Virus record (IMG/VR): IMGVR_UViG_3300033417_000028
Location: 1 to 39,838 of that record
DNA from: a virus
Lineage: Duplodnaviria > Caudoviricetes
Strand: one strand, 5' to 3'
Length of the DNA stretch: 39,838 nt
The notes beneath the pieces are model-generated. The model was not told the origin of the DNA. It did not search any database and saw only the letters and a program-made list of their open reading frames with translations. The position numbers and the translations under genes were made by a program. Positions 15,965 through 26,186 of this stretch are shown here, one piece after another. Numbering within the stretch: position 1 is the first letter of the stretch; each line of letters opens with the position of its first letter.

Positions 15965-16871
15965 CATCCCCCTATTAGATGTGGATTTGAGTAGCTTTAT
16001 GAAGCGCCTTGCAAAAGAGGTTGACTGCGATCACATCATAAACTATGACTGCCTGATAAAATCAGGAGGTGTCCCCAAAATACTTTATCTAAAGCTTACC
16101 GACACTGAAACTAAGTTCGTAAGGCAGGCCTGTAAAAATATTAAATACACAAAGGTTGAAAGGATTTCAACAGGATTAATTACAAAGGGTAAAAATAGAA
16201 CATTTGGGCTTCGTCCGAAAAGGGCCATGAGCCAATTTGCGAGTAGCTGCTCTGCCACGTCACTTGCTAAAGACAGCCCGATTGAACACAATATACTTTG
16301 CGACTTTATAAAAAAGTTAACTCCTTTTTACAAAGACTTTTTTCCGGGTGAGTACACGAAAAATAGCGAGGAGGTTAGTAAAAGAGTACTGCCGGAGTGG
16401 CAAATTGAAAACACCCCATTTACAAGTGGCATAGTGAACTATAACTCAGAGCTACAATACCACTACGACATTGGTCACTTTCATGGGGCGCTATCGGTAA
16501 TGCTTACACTTAAAAATGGAGTAAAAGGGGGGGGGCTGTGTTTTCCTGAGCTTGGAATAAATATTGATCTTGCCGATAATACAATTTTGCTAATGGACGG
16601 ACAGGAGATGATGCATGGAGTGACGCCAATAATAAAAAAGAAAAACAACGGCTATAGATATACTATTGTTTACTACTCATTGTTACAAATGTGGAGGTGT
16701 TTGCCAATAACAGAGGAGATAATCGCAACAAGAAAAATGAGAGCGAAAAGAGAGTCTAAAAGGGCTAATGGAGATGTAGGATCATTAAATATGGATACTA
16801 CGAAGGACGGCAAGTCCTTTTCGGAAAAGGCAACATTGGCGATTGCTAAGAAAGTAAACAAGATTAAGTGA
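15951..16871 (+). CDS. 2OG-Fe(II) dioxygenase, TET/JBP-like
   Basis: HYD (HxD), GGGLCFPE, HGVTP and RYTIVYY motifs; next to ParB and the terminases. Confidence 0.75.
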   Translation: MKVIDIPLLDVDLSSFMKRLAKEVDCDHIINYDCLIKSGGVPKILYLKLTDTETKFVRQACKNIKYTKVERISTGLITKGKNRTFGLRPKRAMSQFASSCSATSLAKDSPIEHNILCDFIKKLTPFYKDFFPGEYTKNSEEVSKRVLPEWQIENTPFTSGIVNYNSELQYHYDIGHFHGALSVMLTLKNGVKGGGLCFPELGINIDLADNTILLMDGQEMMHGVTPIIKKKNNGYRYTIVYYSLLQMWRCLPITEEIIATRKMRAKRESKRANGDVGSLNMDTTKDGKSFSEKATLAIAKKVNKIK

Positions 16872-17401
16872 AAAAAAGCAAAGCACATAAAGAGTTTATA
16901 AGGCTCGTTGCAAATGGCGAACCTCAATCCGATGCTTACAAGGCAACGGTAGGCAACCCCAAGGCAACAACCGCCGCAGTTAAGAGCAAAGCCTCTAATT
17001 TAGCCAAGAAATACGCAAAAGAAATAGACACAGAGACGAAACGATTACAGGTCTTAGCAACTTCCATTAAAGATGATAAAGTCGTTCAGGAAGCCTTAAA
17101 TTCGATTTTGTCTCAGGCAGAGGTTGACGCTGAGTTGTGTTCGATTGTTAGCGGAACTGCGATGGTTGAGAAGATAATCGTTGTTGCTGGCAAGGTGCAA
17201 GTAATTAAATCGGCAAAGCCTGACCACGGAGATAAGTTGAGAGCGATTGATTTGTACAACAAAAGGTTCGGATCTTATGCACCCATCGAAAACAAAGTAG
17301 CGGTAACCAATATAAACCTGTCAACATTAACCTATGAGCAACTCAAAGACCTTGCGAAAGGAGATAGCGAAGGAGGCGAGGAAGGAGCTAGCGAGGCGTG
17401 A
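16868..17401 (+). CDS. terS: Terminase small subunit
   Basis: HTH-like N-terminus, DKLRAIDL; directly upstream of TerL. Confidence 0.75.
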   Translation: MKKSKAHKEFIRLVANGEPQSDAYKATVGNPKATTAAVKSKASNLAKKYAKEIDTETKRLQVLATSIKDDKVVQEALNSILSQAEVDAELCSIVSGTAMVEKIIVVAGKVQVIKSAKPDHGDKLRAIDLYNKRFGSYAPIENKVAVTNINLSTLTYEQLKDLAKGDSEGGEEGASEA

Positions 17402-18698
17402 TTTTTGGGAGTTCTGCTTATACGTTGATCCTGAGTTTTTCAAAAAAAGACTATTTTTAAAAAAAATCGCAAATGCGTTCATGCGCATTCACAATGGCGA
17501 GATCCGTCACCTTTCCGTTTCCCTTCCTCCTAGAGCCGGAAAGTCTTACATCACATCTTTATTTTGCGCTTGGACTCTTGCGAAGAGGCCTACAGAATCC
17601 GTCATGCGCAACACATGCACGGCTAGGCTATATGAGAAGTTTAGCTATGACGTGAGAAATATTATTCGAGAGCCTCCATTTAGGGAGGTGTTTTTTGATG
17701 TTGAGTTGGCGCCAGATAAGCAATCTGTTAACGGGTGGAGTCTAAGCACGTCAAGACAGGTAGGATATTTCGGGGCAGGACTAACCGGAACTATTATAGG
17801 ATTCGGGGCTACTGCATTGGCCATTACTGATGATATGTATAAGTCTCTCGAAGACGCATTAAGTGACAATATGAATGACAAGATACTTTCGTGGGAGGAG
17901 TCCGCTCATGAGTCTAGGATGGAGAAGAGGTGTCCAAGGATAGACATAGGTACTCGTTGGAGGAAGAACGATTTGATTGGTAGAAATATTGAACGAAAAG
18001 AATATGACGAAAGTATAATCGTTCCAGCGCTAGATCAGGATGGGAAATCATTCTGTGATGACGTAAAGTCTACCGCTGAATATTTGCGAATAAAAGATAA
18101 AACAGACTCTCAAATATGGGATGCGGAGTATATGCAAGAGCCGATCGAGGCAAAGGGTGTACTTTTTCCAAAGGGAGAACTCAGGTACTATAAGCCTGAT
18201 AGCGCATTATTATTCGAAACATCATTAGCTTATTGCGATGTTGCTGACCAAGGAGATGACAACCTAAGCGCACCTAATGGCCGGCACATTGGCAGCGATG
18301 TATATATCACCGATTGGCTGTTTTGTAAAGATAACAGCGATATCACCCTACCACTGTTAGCCCAAATGATAACCGAAAACAGCACAAAATATATTCGTGT
18401 AGAGTCTAACTCGATGGGGGCGATTTATTCCCGTGACCTAATGAAGATCACTAAAGCAGAGGTTTATCAAGCGCACTCGTCAGCCAACAAACACACACGT
18501 ATATTGATGGATGCTGGATTCGTGAAGAAGCACTTCGTGTTCCTTCATCCGGACTATCAGGATTCTGACTACAAGAGTGCGATGGATCAGATGTGCGGCT
18601 ACCTTAAGAATGGAAAGTCAAACAAAGACGATGCGCCGGATAGCATCAGCGGACTAGCAACATTTATCCGAACAATGTTTGAACATTTATATCGCTAA
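17334..18698 (+). CDS. terL: Terminase large subunit
   Basis: Walker A LPPRAGKS, Walker B ITDD, YMQEP, nuclease DVA...DDAPDS. Confidence 0.93.
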   Translation: MSNSKTLRKEIAKEARKELARRDFWEFCLYVDPEFFKKRLFLKKIANAFMRIHNGEIRHLSVSLPPRAGKSYITSLFCAWTLAKRPTESVMRNTCTARLYEKFSYDVRNIIREPPFREVFFDVELAPDKQSVNGWSLSTSRQVGYFGAGLTGTIIGFGATALAITDDMYKSLEDALSDNMNDKILSWEESAHESRMEKRCPRIDIGTRWRKNDLIGRNIERKEYDESIIVPALDQDGKSFCDDVKSTAEYLRIKDKTDSQIWDAEYMQEPIEAKGVLFPKGELRYYKPDSALLFETSLAYCDVADQGDDNLSAPNGRHIGSDVYITDWLFCKDNSDITLPLLAQMITENSTKYIRVESNSMGAIYSRDLMKITKAEVYQAHSSANKHTRILMDAGFVKKHFVFLHPDYQDSDYKSAMDQMCGYLKNGKSNKDDAPDSISGLATFIRTMFEHLYR

Positions 18699-19912
18699 AG
18701 GCTCAACCCGAAAGAATTGTTATAAATGTTTTTGACTTGATCTAGAGTTATGATCCCTTTTTCGTAAGCGTCTTTTACCGAGTTGAGCTGCTTGGTTATG
18801 ATGTCTGCCTCTTGTCCTTTATCATCTTGCAGCATGCTGATGTGAGAGTAGTCTAGCTCAACCCTTTGGTTGTCTGGGACTCTTAGGGCGTTACCAAGTG
18901 TTTGCGTGAAGGCATCGGCGGCAGGGAATATGGCGTCATTGTAAGTCTGTATGATTGCATTTTTAACATTCTCATACGTTTGATTCTTAGAGCTAAATAG
19001 GTTTATGTTTAAATTAAAATGATCGCAAATTGTTAATTTATTCGCATCTATCTGCTCCAGAAGCAGCAACTCTCCAGTTGGGTAGGTCATAGGTGTCCAA
19101 GCAACATCGCCCGATACTATAGAGACTCTTGATTGCCCGTCCTTAACCCCGTGCGTTTTGGAGTACTGCTTTTCTAATTTTTCTCTCTGTTCTGCTCCCA
19201 TCGGTAACGCTCCAGCGCTATCCTTTGTTTTGCCTGAAATCATCCCTATTGCCCCCTTCTCTCCGCTTATAATATTGAGATATTGATAAGCTAGCTTGGT
19301 GTTTGATAGTGGGAATTTGAGCGAAACAAGGGGCGACTTACCTATCACCAAGTCATCTAGGTCGTCGTGCTTACTCCATGCAATTTCATCAGATTTAAAC
19401 TCACGCTTTAGCTTCTCGTTTTCATATTTATACTTACTGACAACGCCGCTAATATCTATCTGATCGAATAGCTTACCGGTAAGGATAGGGCTCAGATATC
19501 GGGGAGATATGTTCATTATCGACGTTGGATATTTGGCCAGCTTCGAAGGACGATTAAAATACATGAACTGATTGCCATAGACGTCAAGTTGCTTACTATA
19601 ATTATTCATCCACTTGTTCTGAGTCTGCATCATATTTGGGCGCTCCAAAAGAGCCGTCAATTCTCCATCTTCGATTATTGCATTTGACTTAATGTCTCTA
19701 AGTCTAAATATTCCATTCGAGAACATATCTGCTTTCTTTGATATGACTTGATTTAATTCTGGTATTTCGTTATATAATCGGTAAGGCACTTTAGTATCGA
19801 CCCATACGGCTCCAAGGGGCTTGAAAATTACACCATTGTTAAAAAAACGTTTTTCTTCGTCTTGAAACCAGCTTCGGATGCCGTCGATAAGATTAGTCAC
19901 TATAGTCGCCAT
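18695..19912 (-). CDS. Portal protein (HK97-like), inverted orientation
   Basis: 405 aa; LLERPN, LDVYGNQF, GKSPL, ICDHF, TYENVKNA motifs. Confidence 0.88.
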   Translation of the reverse strand: MATIVTNLIDGIRSWFQDEEKRFFNNGVIFKPLGAVWVDTKVPYRLYNEIPELNQVISKKADMFSNGIFRLRDIKSNAIIEDGELTALLERPNMMQTQNKWMNNYSKQLDVYGNQFMYFNRPSKLAKYPTSIMNISPRYLSPILTGKLFDQIDISGVVSKYKYENEKLKREFKSDEIAWSKHDDLDDLVIGKSPLVSLKFPLSNTKLAYQYLNIISGEKGAIGMISGKTKDSAGALPMGAEQREKLEKQYSKTHGVKDGQSRVSIVSGDVAWTPMTYPTGELLLLEQIDANKLTICDHFNLNINLFSSKNQTYENVKNAIIQTYNDAIFPAADAFTQTLGNALRVPDNQRVELDYSHISMLQDDKGQEADIITKQLNSVKDAYEKGIITLDQVKNIYNNSFGLSL

Positions 19913-19953
19913 GCTTTTTTATATATGTATTTTCAAACGAAATTACAATTTAT

Positions 19954-19981
19954 ATTTAACATAAGATTTATTATGTTAAAT
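19954..19981. other. dif-like site (11-6-11) with two XerD-type arms
   Basis: ATTTAACATAA-GATTTA-TTATGTTAAAT; TTATGTTAAAT is the canonical XerD arm. Confidence 0.7.
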
Positions 19982-20001
19982 AGAAATACTATATTTGCTT
20001 T

Positions 20002-20103
20002 ATGAAAACAAATGAAAGCGTTAAAATAACTCCTGAAATGTTGGAGAAAATTAAAGCGGACAAGCGAGACAAAGTCAATAACAACAACGTAATAAGGAAG
20101 TAA
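20002..20103 (+). CDS. Small hypothetical protein (33 aa)
   Basis: MKTNESVKITPEMLEK...; follows a TATATTTG box (19990-19997); stop overlaps the next ATG. Confidence 0.5.
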   Translation: MKTNESVKITPEMLEKIKADKRDKVNNNNVIRK

Positions 20104-20912
20104 TGAATATTCCTAATTTTTCTACAAAAGGAGAACTGCTTGATTTTTTAATTGAAAATAAATCTGCTTTAATCGCAGAGAAGAAGTTTCAAATTAAAAA
20201 AGGAGATGCATTTACTTACAGTGTTCGGTCGTACGAAAAGGCAGATGCGGAGAAGGCAATCGACAACCCCTCCACTTTTGAGGGTAACAAAATAGTTGTT
20301 GAGTCGGTGATCAATACGACTAACATAATGGATAGTCACGGAGACGTCCATATTAAAGGCATTTGGACAAAGTCGGTAAGCGAGTCAAAAGGTCTTTATT
20401 TACTTCAAGAACATCAAATGCAATTCGATAAGATAATCTCTGACGAGGTAAAGGCTTTTGTAAAAGAGTACAGCTGGAAGGACTTAGGTCTAAATGCTGA
20501 CGGCGTTACGCAAGCATTGATGTTTAAGTCTGTCATCAATAAAGATCGAAACCAATTCATGTTTGATCAATACATTAAGGGGTATGTTAGGAATCATTCT
20601 GTAGGGATGCGATATGTGAAAATGGATTTGGCCGTAAACGACCCGGCATATAAAGAAGAAAGTGCGCTGTTCGACAAATACATAGGAAGAGTCGTAAACG
20701 CACAAGAGGCAATTGATAAGGGGTACTTTTGGGTGGTCGCAGAGGCGAAGGTAATAGAGGGTAGCGCAGTGCCAATGGGTAGTAATATCATGACACCAAC
20801 ATTAGAGGTTAACACAAAGAGTGAGCCGCCCGAAGGCACTCACGAAAACGAGCCGCAGCATAGCACTCACAAAACAATCAACACAATAAACGATTTTAAA
20901 TTTAACTTTTAA
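20103..20912 (+). CDS. Prohead (capsid maturation) protease
   Basis: DSHGDVH, LLQEH, HSVGM, EGSAV motifs; upstream of the capsid gene. Confidence 0.85.
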   Translation: MNIPNFSTKGELLDFLIENKSALIAEKKFQIKKGDAFTYSVRSYEKADAEKAIDNPSTFEGNKIVVESVINTTNIMDSHGDVHIKGIWTKSVSESKGLYLLQEHQMQFDKIISDEVKAFVKEYSWKDLGLNADGVTQALMFKSVINKDRNQFMFDQYIKGYVRNHSVGMRYVKMDLAVNDPAYKEESALFDKYIGRVVNAQEAIDKGYFWVVAEAKVIEGSAVPMGSNIMTPTLEVNTKSEPPEGTHENEPQHSTHKTINTINDFKFNF

Positions 20913-20922
20913 ACATACAAAA

Positions 20923-22194
20923 ATGAACGAAGAAGAAATTAAAGCGCTAATGCTTAAGGTACAGAAAGAAGTGCAAGGCATTCTTTCAAAAGGAGACGCA
21001 GACGCAGAGGCAAAAGCAACGGCATTTCAAAAGAAATATGATGACCTTGCAAAAGAATTGTCAGAATTAAAAGAGGCTGACAAAACATCAGACATCATAA
21101 AAGAAGTTACAGCTCTTGCCGCTGAGGTGAAAGCGTTGAAAGAGGCAGGGGAGAAAAGAGAATCAACAAAAGGGCTTAGAGCTTACATCGAGGAGAACTC
21201 AGAAGTTCTTAAAGCTTTAAAAACAAAGCTAAAGGCAAACGAAAAAGGAAGTCTGAAACACGTTGCTTTTACTGTTACTAAAGGAACTCAGGGAGCATCC
21301 GACATTGGTAGCCGTGATTACCTTGGAGCTATTGAGCCGGGCATCGAGAGACAGCCAGTTAGAAGAACAGCAATATTAGATCTGTTCCGAAGAAAGCCGG
21401 TATCTACCGAATACCTTCACTTTTGGGAAGAAAATGTAGTGACTCGTGATGCGAAGTTTGTAATCGCATGCGCTACGTCTTCTCACACAACTAAAAAAAC
21501 ATGGCAAAAAAGAACTGTTGAGCTGGCCAAACTGCGTGATGTGGTGGATTTGTGTGTTGATATGCTTGATGACTTTTCGTTCGTGGAGTCAGAAATTAGA
21601 GAGCTAGTCGAGGAGTCTATAATGCTGAAAGCCGATTATGAATTGTTGTTAGGCGCATCGTCTGCTGCAACCGACATGTTGAGCATCGACTCCATTAGCT
21701 CAGAATTCAATCCGGCGAACCCGTTAGCTGTTTACACAGGAAAGTTTCAAGCCCCTACATTAGGCGACTTGACAGCAGCTATGAAAGCTCAGATCTACAC
21801 TTTTGGACAAGAAAAATCTTGGACAGCAGATACAGTGGTGATGAACTACAATGATATGATTACTTATCTTCATGCGAAAGATGCTGACAATAACTACTTG
21901 TTTCCAAACTTTGTTTTTGGCGCAACGGACGTAATCAATGGAATGAGAATAGTAACATCGCCTATCGTTTCTGCAAACACGTTGTACATCTTCGACTCGA
22001 CCAAAGGGTCTATCCTTGACAGAAAGATGTTGACCGTGAATTCTTATTTTGAGAATAACGACAACGCAGAACATGAGCTAGTGACATTTGTAGGTGTTGA
22101 GAGATTGCAATTTCATGTGAGAAATATCAACCGTGATGCGTTCATGAAAACCTCAGACATCGAGGCGGCGATCGCAGCAATAACATACGTATAA
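20923..22194 (+). CDS. Major capsid protein (HK97 fold)
   Basis: Coiled-coil delta domain, MLDD, KDADNNYL, INGMRIVTS; gene order. Confidence 0.9.
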   Translation: MNEEEIKALMLKVQKEVQGILSKGDADAEAKATAFQKKYDDLAKELSELKEADKTSDIIKEVTALAAEVKALKEAGEKRESTKGLRAYIEENSEVLKALKTKLKANEKGSLKHVAFTVTKGTQGASDIGSRDYLGAIEPGIERQPVRRTAILDLFRRKPVSTEYLHFWEENVVTRDAKFVIACATSSHTTKKTWQKRTVELAKLRDVVDLCVDMLDDFSFVESEIRELVEESIMLKADYELLLGASSAATDMLSIDSISSEFNPANPLAVYTGKFQAPTLGDLTAAMKAQIYTFGQEKSWTADTVVMNYNDMITYLHAKDADNNYLFPNFVFGATDVINGMRIVTSPIVSANTLYIFDSTKGSILDRKMLTVNSYFENNDNAEHELVTFVGVERLQFHVRNINRDAFMKTSDIEAAIAAITYV

Positions 22195-22196
22195 TC

Positions 22197-22433
22197 ATGA
22201 ATAAGCTAATTAAAATAGTATTCAAGACAGACTATTCCCCCCGTAAAAAAGGGGAAGTGGCTGAGCTTGACGCTAAATTGGCAAATCATTATTTGTCAAT
22301 TGGAGTAGCCGAACTGCCATGTAGTGGTTGTGGTGATAAGCCGTGCAGCGAATGCGAAAAACTAGCAAAAGCGAACGCTGCCGAGGCAGAGGACGCACAA
22401 TCAAAAACCAAAAAAACAACTAAAAGAAAATGA
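22197..22433 (+). CDS. Small head-associated protein
   Basis: KKGEVAEL...A..YL..GVA, typical of post-capsid genes. Confidence 0.65.
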   Translation: MNKLIKIVFKTDYSPRKKGEVAELDAKLANHYLSIGVAELPCSGCGDKPCSECEKLAKANAAEAEDAQSKTKKTTKRK

Positions 22434-23248
22434 AAAAACTATTAATAATTTGCGCTATTCTGTTATTTGCAGGGGGCGCATTTGCGCAGACCTACCCCAT
22501 CACTATGGTAGGCGCTGACACGCTAACGAATGCCGACACTTTGGATTTGACACAAACGGTAAAAGGTAGCTATGTAACAGTTTCGTTTCAAGTGGTGACA
22601 GCTAAATTATCAGGAACGCAAGCCGGAACGGCTATTCTACAGGCATCTGTAGACGGTAATAACTTCGTTGATCTAAACACCGACACGCTAACGTTTGTCA
22701 ATCAAACAACGAATACAAAAACTTGGATTGTTGAAGGAAGTAATTTCTATTACTATCGAGTACGATGTATTACAACTGGCACGTCCTCTGTAAAGGTTGA
22801 CGGCTACGCTTTCACAGCATCTCAGGGAGGGTCTAATCATAGCGTTGTCAGTATGCTTGCAAGCACCGGAGCAACTTCCGACACGGTTGACAATACAGGC
22901 ACAGGATATGTTGAGATGCAAGTCAAAGGGAGTTACACTAGCGTTTCGATTCAAGCGGTATCGGATAGCATTTCTGGAACAGCAGCAGGAACGCTGACGC
23001 TGCAAGGGTCTAACGACGGTACTAATTTCGTAAGCGTAGACACGTCTTACATAACTGTTATCGCAGATCAATCTCCTTACACTACAGGGAATAGCGGTGA
23101 CAACACTTTGACTGTTACTAATGTGGCAACAAGCACGAAGATGTTTATTGTTACCGGGTCTCCTTATGCCTACTACAGACTAAGTCACACGGGAAGCGGT
23201 ACAATGTCAAGCAGGTTGAGAGGTTACTTAATGCCAAACAGATACTAA
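22430..23248 (+). CDS. Signal-peptide protein with two repeated beta-sandwich domains
   Basis: MKKLLIICAILLFAGGAFAQ; duplicated VKGSY..VS.Q...SGT.AGT..LQ.S.DG.NFV...YYR. Confidence 0.75.
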   Translation: MKKLLIICAILLFAGGAFAQTYPITMVGADTLTNADTLDLTQTVKGSYVTVSFQVVTAKLSGTQAGTAILQASVDGNNFVDLNTDTLTFVNQTTNTKTWIVEGSNFYYYRVRCITTGTSSVKVDGYAFTASQGGSNHSVVSMLASTGATSDTVDNTGTGYVEMQVKGSYTSVSIQAVSDSISGTAAGTLTLQGSNDGTNFVSVDTSYITVIADQSPYTTGNSGDNTLTVTNVATSTKMFIVTGSPYAYYRLSHTGSGTMSSRLRGYLMPNRY

Positions 23249-23251
23249 GCA

Positions 23252-23752
23252 ATGGGGCTTTTAGTAAGCAAAACAGATTTTGTAGGCAACTTCGCTCTGA
23301 GTAAGACTATCAGCGATAAGATAGATGCGTTCATTGATGAATTTGAAGAGCAGTATTTGATTGACTTGCTGGGGGCTGAATTGTTTAAGCTATTCAAAGC
23401 AGACGTAGACGCCCCAACGAAGAAGCCAGAAACAGACATTTATCTTGCAATTTACAACGAGATAAACGAAGACTACAGCGGATGTGTAATGAGATCGAAA
23501 GGGCTAAAGGATATGATTTTGGGGTTCATTTGGTTTGAGTATGTGAGAGCAACGGCTTACAGCCACACGGGAACAGGGATAGTTGCAGGAAGCAATGAAG
23601 TATCGAAAAATGTTGGACTGGATGATAGTTATATTTATCGCAATTACAACGCATCGGTTGCGGCCTATGGAGTGATTCAGTGGTATATCTGCAACACTAA
23701 CGATTACCCATTGTTTAATGGACAAAATAAACTGCTTGCATGGAGACTGTAG
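23252..23752 (+). CDS. Putative head-tail adaptor
   Basis: Position and helical character. Confidence 0.55.
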   Translation: MGLLVSKTDFVGNFALSKTISDKIDAFIDEFEEQYLIDLLGAELFKLFKADVDAPTKKPETDIYLAIYNEINEDYSGCVMRSKGLKDMILGFIWFEYVRATAYSHTGTGIVAGSNEVSKNVGLDDSYIYRNYNASVAAYGVIQWYICNTNDYPLFNGQNKLLAWRL

Positions 23753-24465
23753 ACATTATAGAGACAATAGTAGATGCTTTAACCTTGACGTTTAAGGTTG
23801 ATTCTGTTGTGGATAATGGAGATGATACTTACACTATTTATACGTGCAACACGCTGCACTTGCAAGTTGGATATCCTGTTACGATTAACAACGTTGAGTA
23901 TGAGATATTGTCCATTGTTAGAGGCGTTTCGATTACTGTGTCAGGATCTGCATTGCCACCGACAGCAGACTTTACAATCGCTGCCCCGTTGTACTTTCAC
24001 GGGACGGTGATTAAAGCGCAGGAAGACATGTTGACCATAGGCGATAGCGACAACGTTTTTAATCGAACACCGTTCATTTATTTAAAGGAGATTATAAGTG
24101 ACAAGAAGTATGCGAGTGGCTCAGTCTCTCCGCTAGACAGAGAGACTACTCTAAGAATGTTCTTCCTTACTATGAGCGATTTTGCTAACTGGAAAACGGC
24201 GGAGCATTACGAAATGAGTATTACTCCAATGAGGAATTTGATTGAAAACTTCATTGACAAACTAGAGAAAAGCCCACTAATAGGCAAGTTTGAAGATTAT
24301 GAGACCACGAATCACGTTAATTTTGGAGTATATGTAGACGCTAAAGGACATACTGGAAGTGTTTTCGTTGACCATTTAAGCGGAATAGAATTGAATATTA
24401 CATTGCCTTTTTACAAACAAAACAGAACAACTAACTGTAACACCGATTCGTGTTACGTAAACTAA
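23740..24465 (+). CDS. Putative neck/tail-terminator protein
   Basis: Position before the tail tube gene. Confidence 0.5.
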   Translation: METVDIIETIVDALTLTFKVDSVVDNGDDTYTIYTCNTLHLQVGYPVTINNVEYEILSIVRGVSITVSGSALPPTADFTIAAPLYFHGTVIKAQEDMLTIGDSDNVFNRTPFIYLKEIISDKKYASGSVSPLDRETTLRMFFLTMSDFANWKTAEHYEMSITPMRNLIENFIDKLEKSPLIGKFEDYETTNHVNFGVYVDAKGHTGSVFVDHLSGIELNITLPFYKQNRTTNCNTDSCYVN

Positions 24466-24480
24466 AAAAAATATTAAAAA

Positions 24481-25428
24481 ATGGAAACATGCACTTGTGA
24501 AGACACTACTTTAGGCAACACCGGGCGTTCGAATTGCGAAGCCTTATTTCGAGTATTAAGAGGACTGTTTTATATGCACACCTACGCTGCTGACGGGACT
24601 CGAAACAGAATTGATCTAACGGATGATATTGATGACGCTTACATCACGGCGGCGATAAACAATGTTGACCCAACAAAAAGATGGTATCCGACAGGTATCC
24701 TTGAAACAATTGGAGGAGAGAGAGCCGAGCCTGTATTTGCAGAGGCTGCTAGCGGTAAAAAATCATGGATCAAGCAAGGAGTAAGAAATGTTACAGCCGA
24801 GATTTGGGATCAAAGCGCAACACTGATGGGGGAAATTGAAAACGCAAGGTGTCAGCAGATATCATTCTTTGGGATTGATAGAAATGGAAGCCTAAGAGGG
24901 ATGGTACCAGAAACAGAAGACGGGTTCTTGTACCCTATACGTGTTGAGAAACAAAGCTGGGCCGCTACCCTAATGTTTGCTGCGGAAGATGCGGTAGAAC
25001 GGATTGCTATTAGTTTCAACTACGACCAGAGAGAGAGAGACTCATTGCTTAGAGCCATTTCAGCAAATGACATCGTTGCAGATTTGCTTGGTGTTAATGG
25101 ACTGTTTGGCGTTGAGGTAGAGTACTCAGGATTATCAGATGCCACATTGACGGCTACGCTTTTTCTTAAGTACGGATCTTTGAAAAGCAAAATCAAAAAC
25201 ACCGGACTTTTAATAACCGACTTTTTCGATGTGGTAGGAGGTACGGATAGCAGCGTATTTAATGTTACAACAGGACTGGCTGTTACTATATCTACCTTTA
25301 CCGAATCATCTCCGGGGGTCTATGCAATGACGTTTACAGCTCAAACGGCTGCGGACGTGATTAGGTTGACTCCGGTGAAAACTGGATTCGAATACTCCAA
25401 GGTAATCGCAAAAACAGCAACCCTTTAA
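24481..25428 (+). CDS. Putative major tail protein
   Basis: 315 aa, beta-rich; gene order. Confidence 0.6.
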   Translation: METCTCEDTTLGNTGRSNCEALFRVLRGLFYMHTYAADGTRNRIDLTDDIDDAYITAAINNVDPTKRWYPTGILETIGGERAEPVFAEAASGKKSWIKQGVRNVTAEIWDQSATLMGEIENARCQQISFFGIDRNGSLRGMVPETEDGFLYPIRVEKQSWAATLMFAAEDAVERIAISFNYDQRERDSLLRAISANDIVADLLGVNGLFGVEVEYSGLSDATLTATLFLKYGSLKSKIKNTGLLITDFFDVVGGTDSSVFNVTTGLAVTISTFTESSPGVYAMTFTAQTAADVIRLTPVKTGFEYSKVIAKTATL

Positions 25429-25439
25429 CCTTTAAAAAA

Positions 25440-25646
25440 ATGCAAATAGGAAACACGTTTATTAACGTACAAGCCCTCGCCTCGGAAAACATAACCGAGG
25501 CAGGGTTTAAAAAAAGACTAAGGGGAAAGTTAGACACCGACCTTTCTGCCGCTTGGGCGTTGTACCAAAGAGAGGCGAAGAAGCTTGAAAAAGAAACGAT
25601 TAAAGAGGTTAAGCCAAAGAAAGTAAAAGAGAAGGAGGGAGAGTGA
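25440..25646 (+). CDS. Hypothetical protein
   Basis: 68-aa ORF in the tail operon. Confidence 0.6.
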   Translation: MQIGNTFINVQALASENITEAGFKKRLRGKLDTDLSAAWALYQREAKKLEKETIKEVKPKKVKEKEGE

Positions 25647-26131
25647 ACGCTATAAGATTTGGAAGGCTTGAGTCCGTTTTAAAAAGTGCTGCGACTATTA
25701 ACCAGCAAGCTATTGAGATGAAGCTATGGAGCGACGAGGCGACTCAGAACTTCATAATAGATCGCATTACGTTTGAGCAGTTATTCAAACTGGGTGTTGA
25801 CGGCGATGACAATGGTCTTGGGTACTACAGCGCATTTACCGAATCGCTGAATAGCGGCAAAACGTTTACCGTAAACGGAGAGTCGAAGAAGAAGGAGATG
25901 GGTGATAATTATTTTCTTTACGACTCAGGGAGTTTTTACGCCTCCTTTAAAATGATTCCTAATCCTTCGGGATTTGGGGTTAATGCAGATACGGTAAAGG
26001 AAGACGGAACTGATTTGGCGAGAAAATTTGGTATTGATATTTTAAAACCTTCAAATGAAAGCATTTCTTCTTTGGTTAGCGCAGTCATACCTTACATTGT
26101 TGACGAAGTACGACGAACAATACTCAAATAA
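25643..26131 (+). CDS. Putative tail completion/neck protein
   Basis: LYDSGSFYASF motif; position. Confidence 0.55.
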   Translation: MNAIRFGRLESVLKSAATINQQAIEMKLWSDEATQNFIIDRITFEQLFKLGVDGDDNGLGYYSAFTESLNSGKTFTVNGESKKKEMGDNYFLYDSGSFYASFKMIPNPSGFGVNADTVKEDGTDLARKFGIDILKPSNESISSLVSAVIPYIVDEVRRTILK

Positions 26132-26186
26132 ATACTGGATATTCAGGCGCTACGAGTCGTTTAAACTAAAAAAATACTACTCAGGA

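Noticed and set aside
18689-18699. ATATCGCTAA at the terL/portal junction matching the 22-bp repeat
   Set aside because: Only about 10 nt, within overlapping coding ends; plausibly chance.
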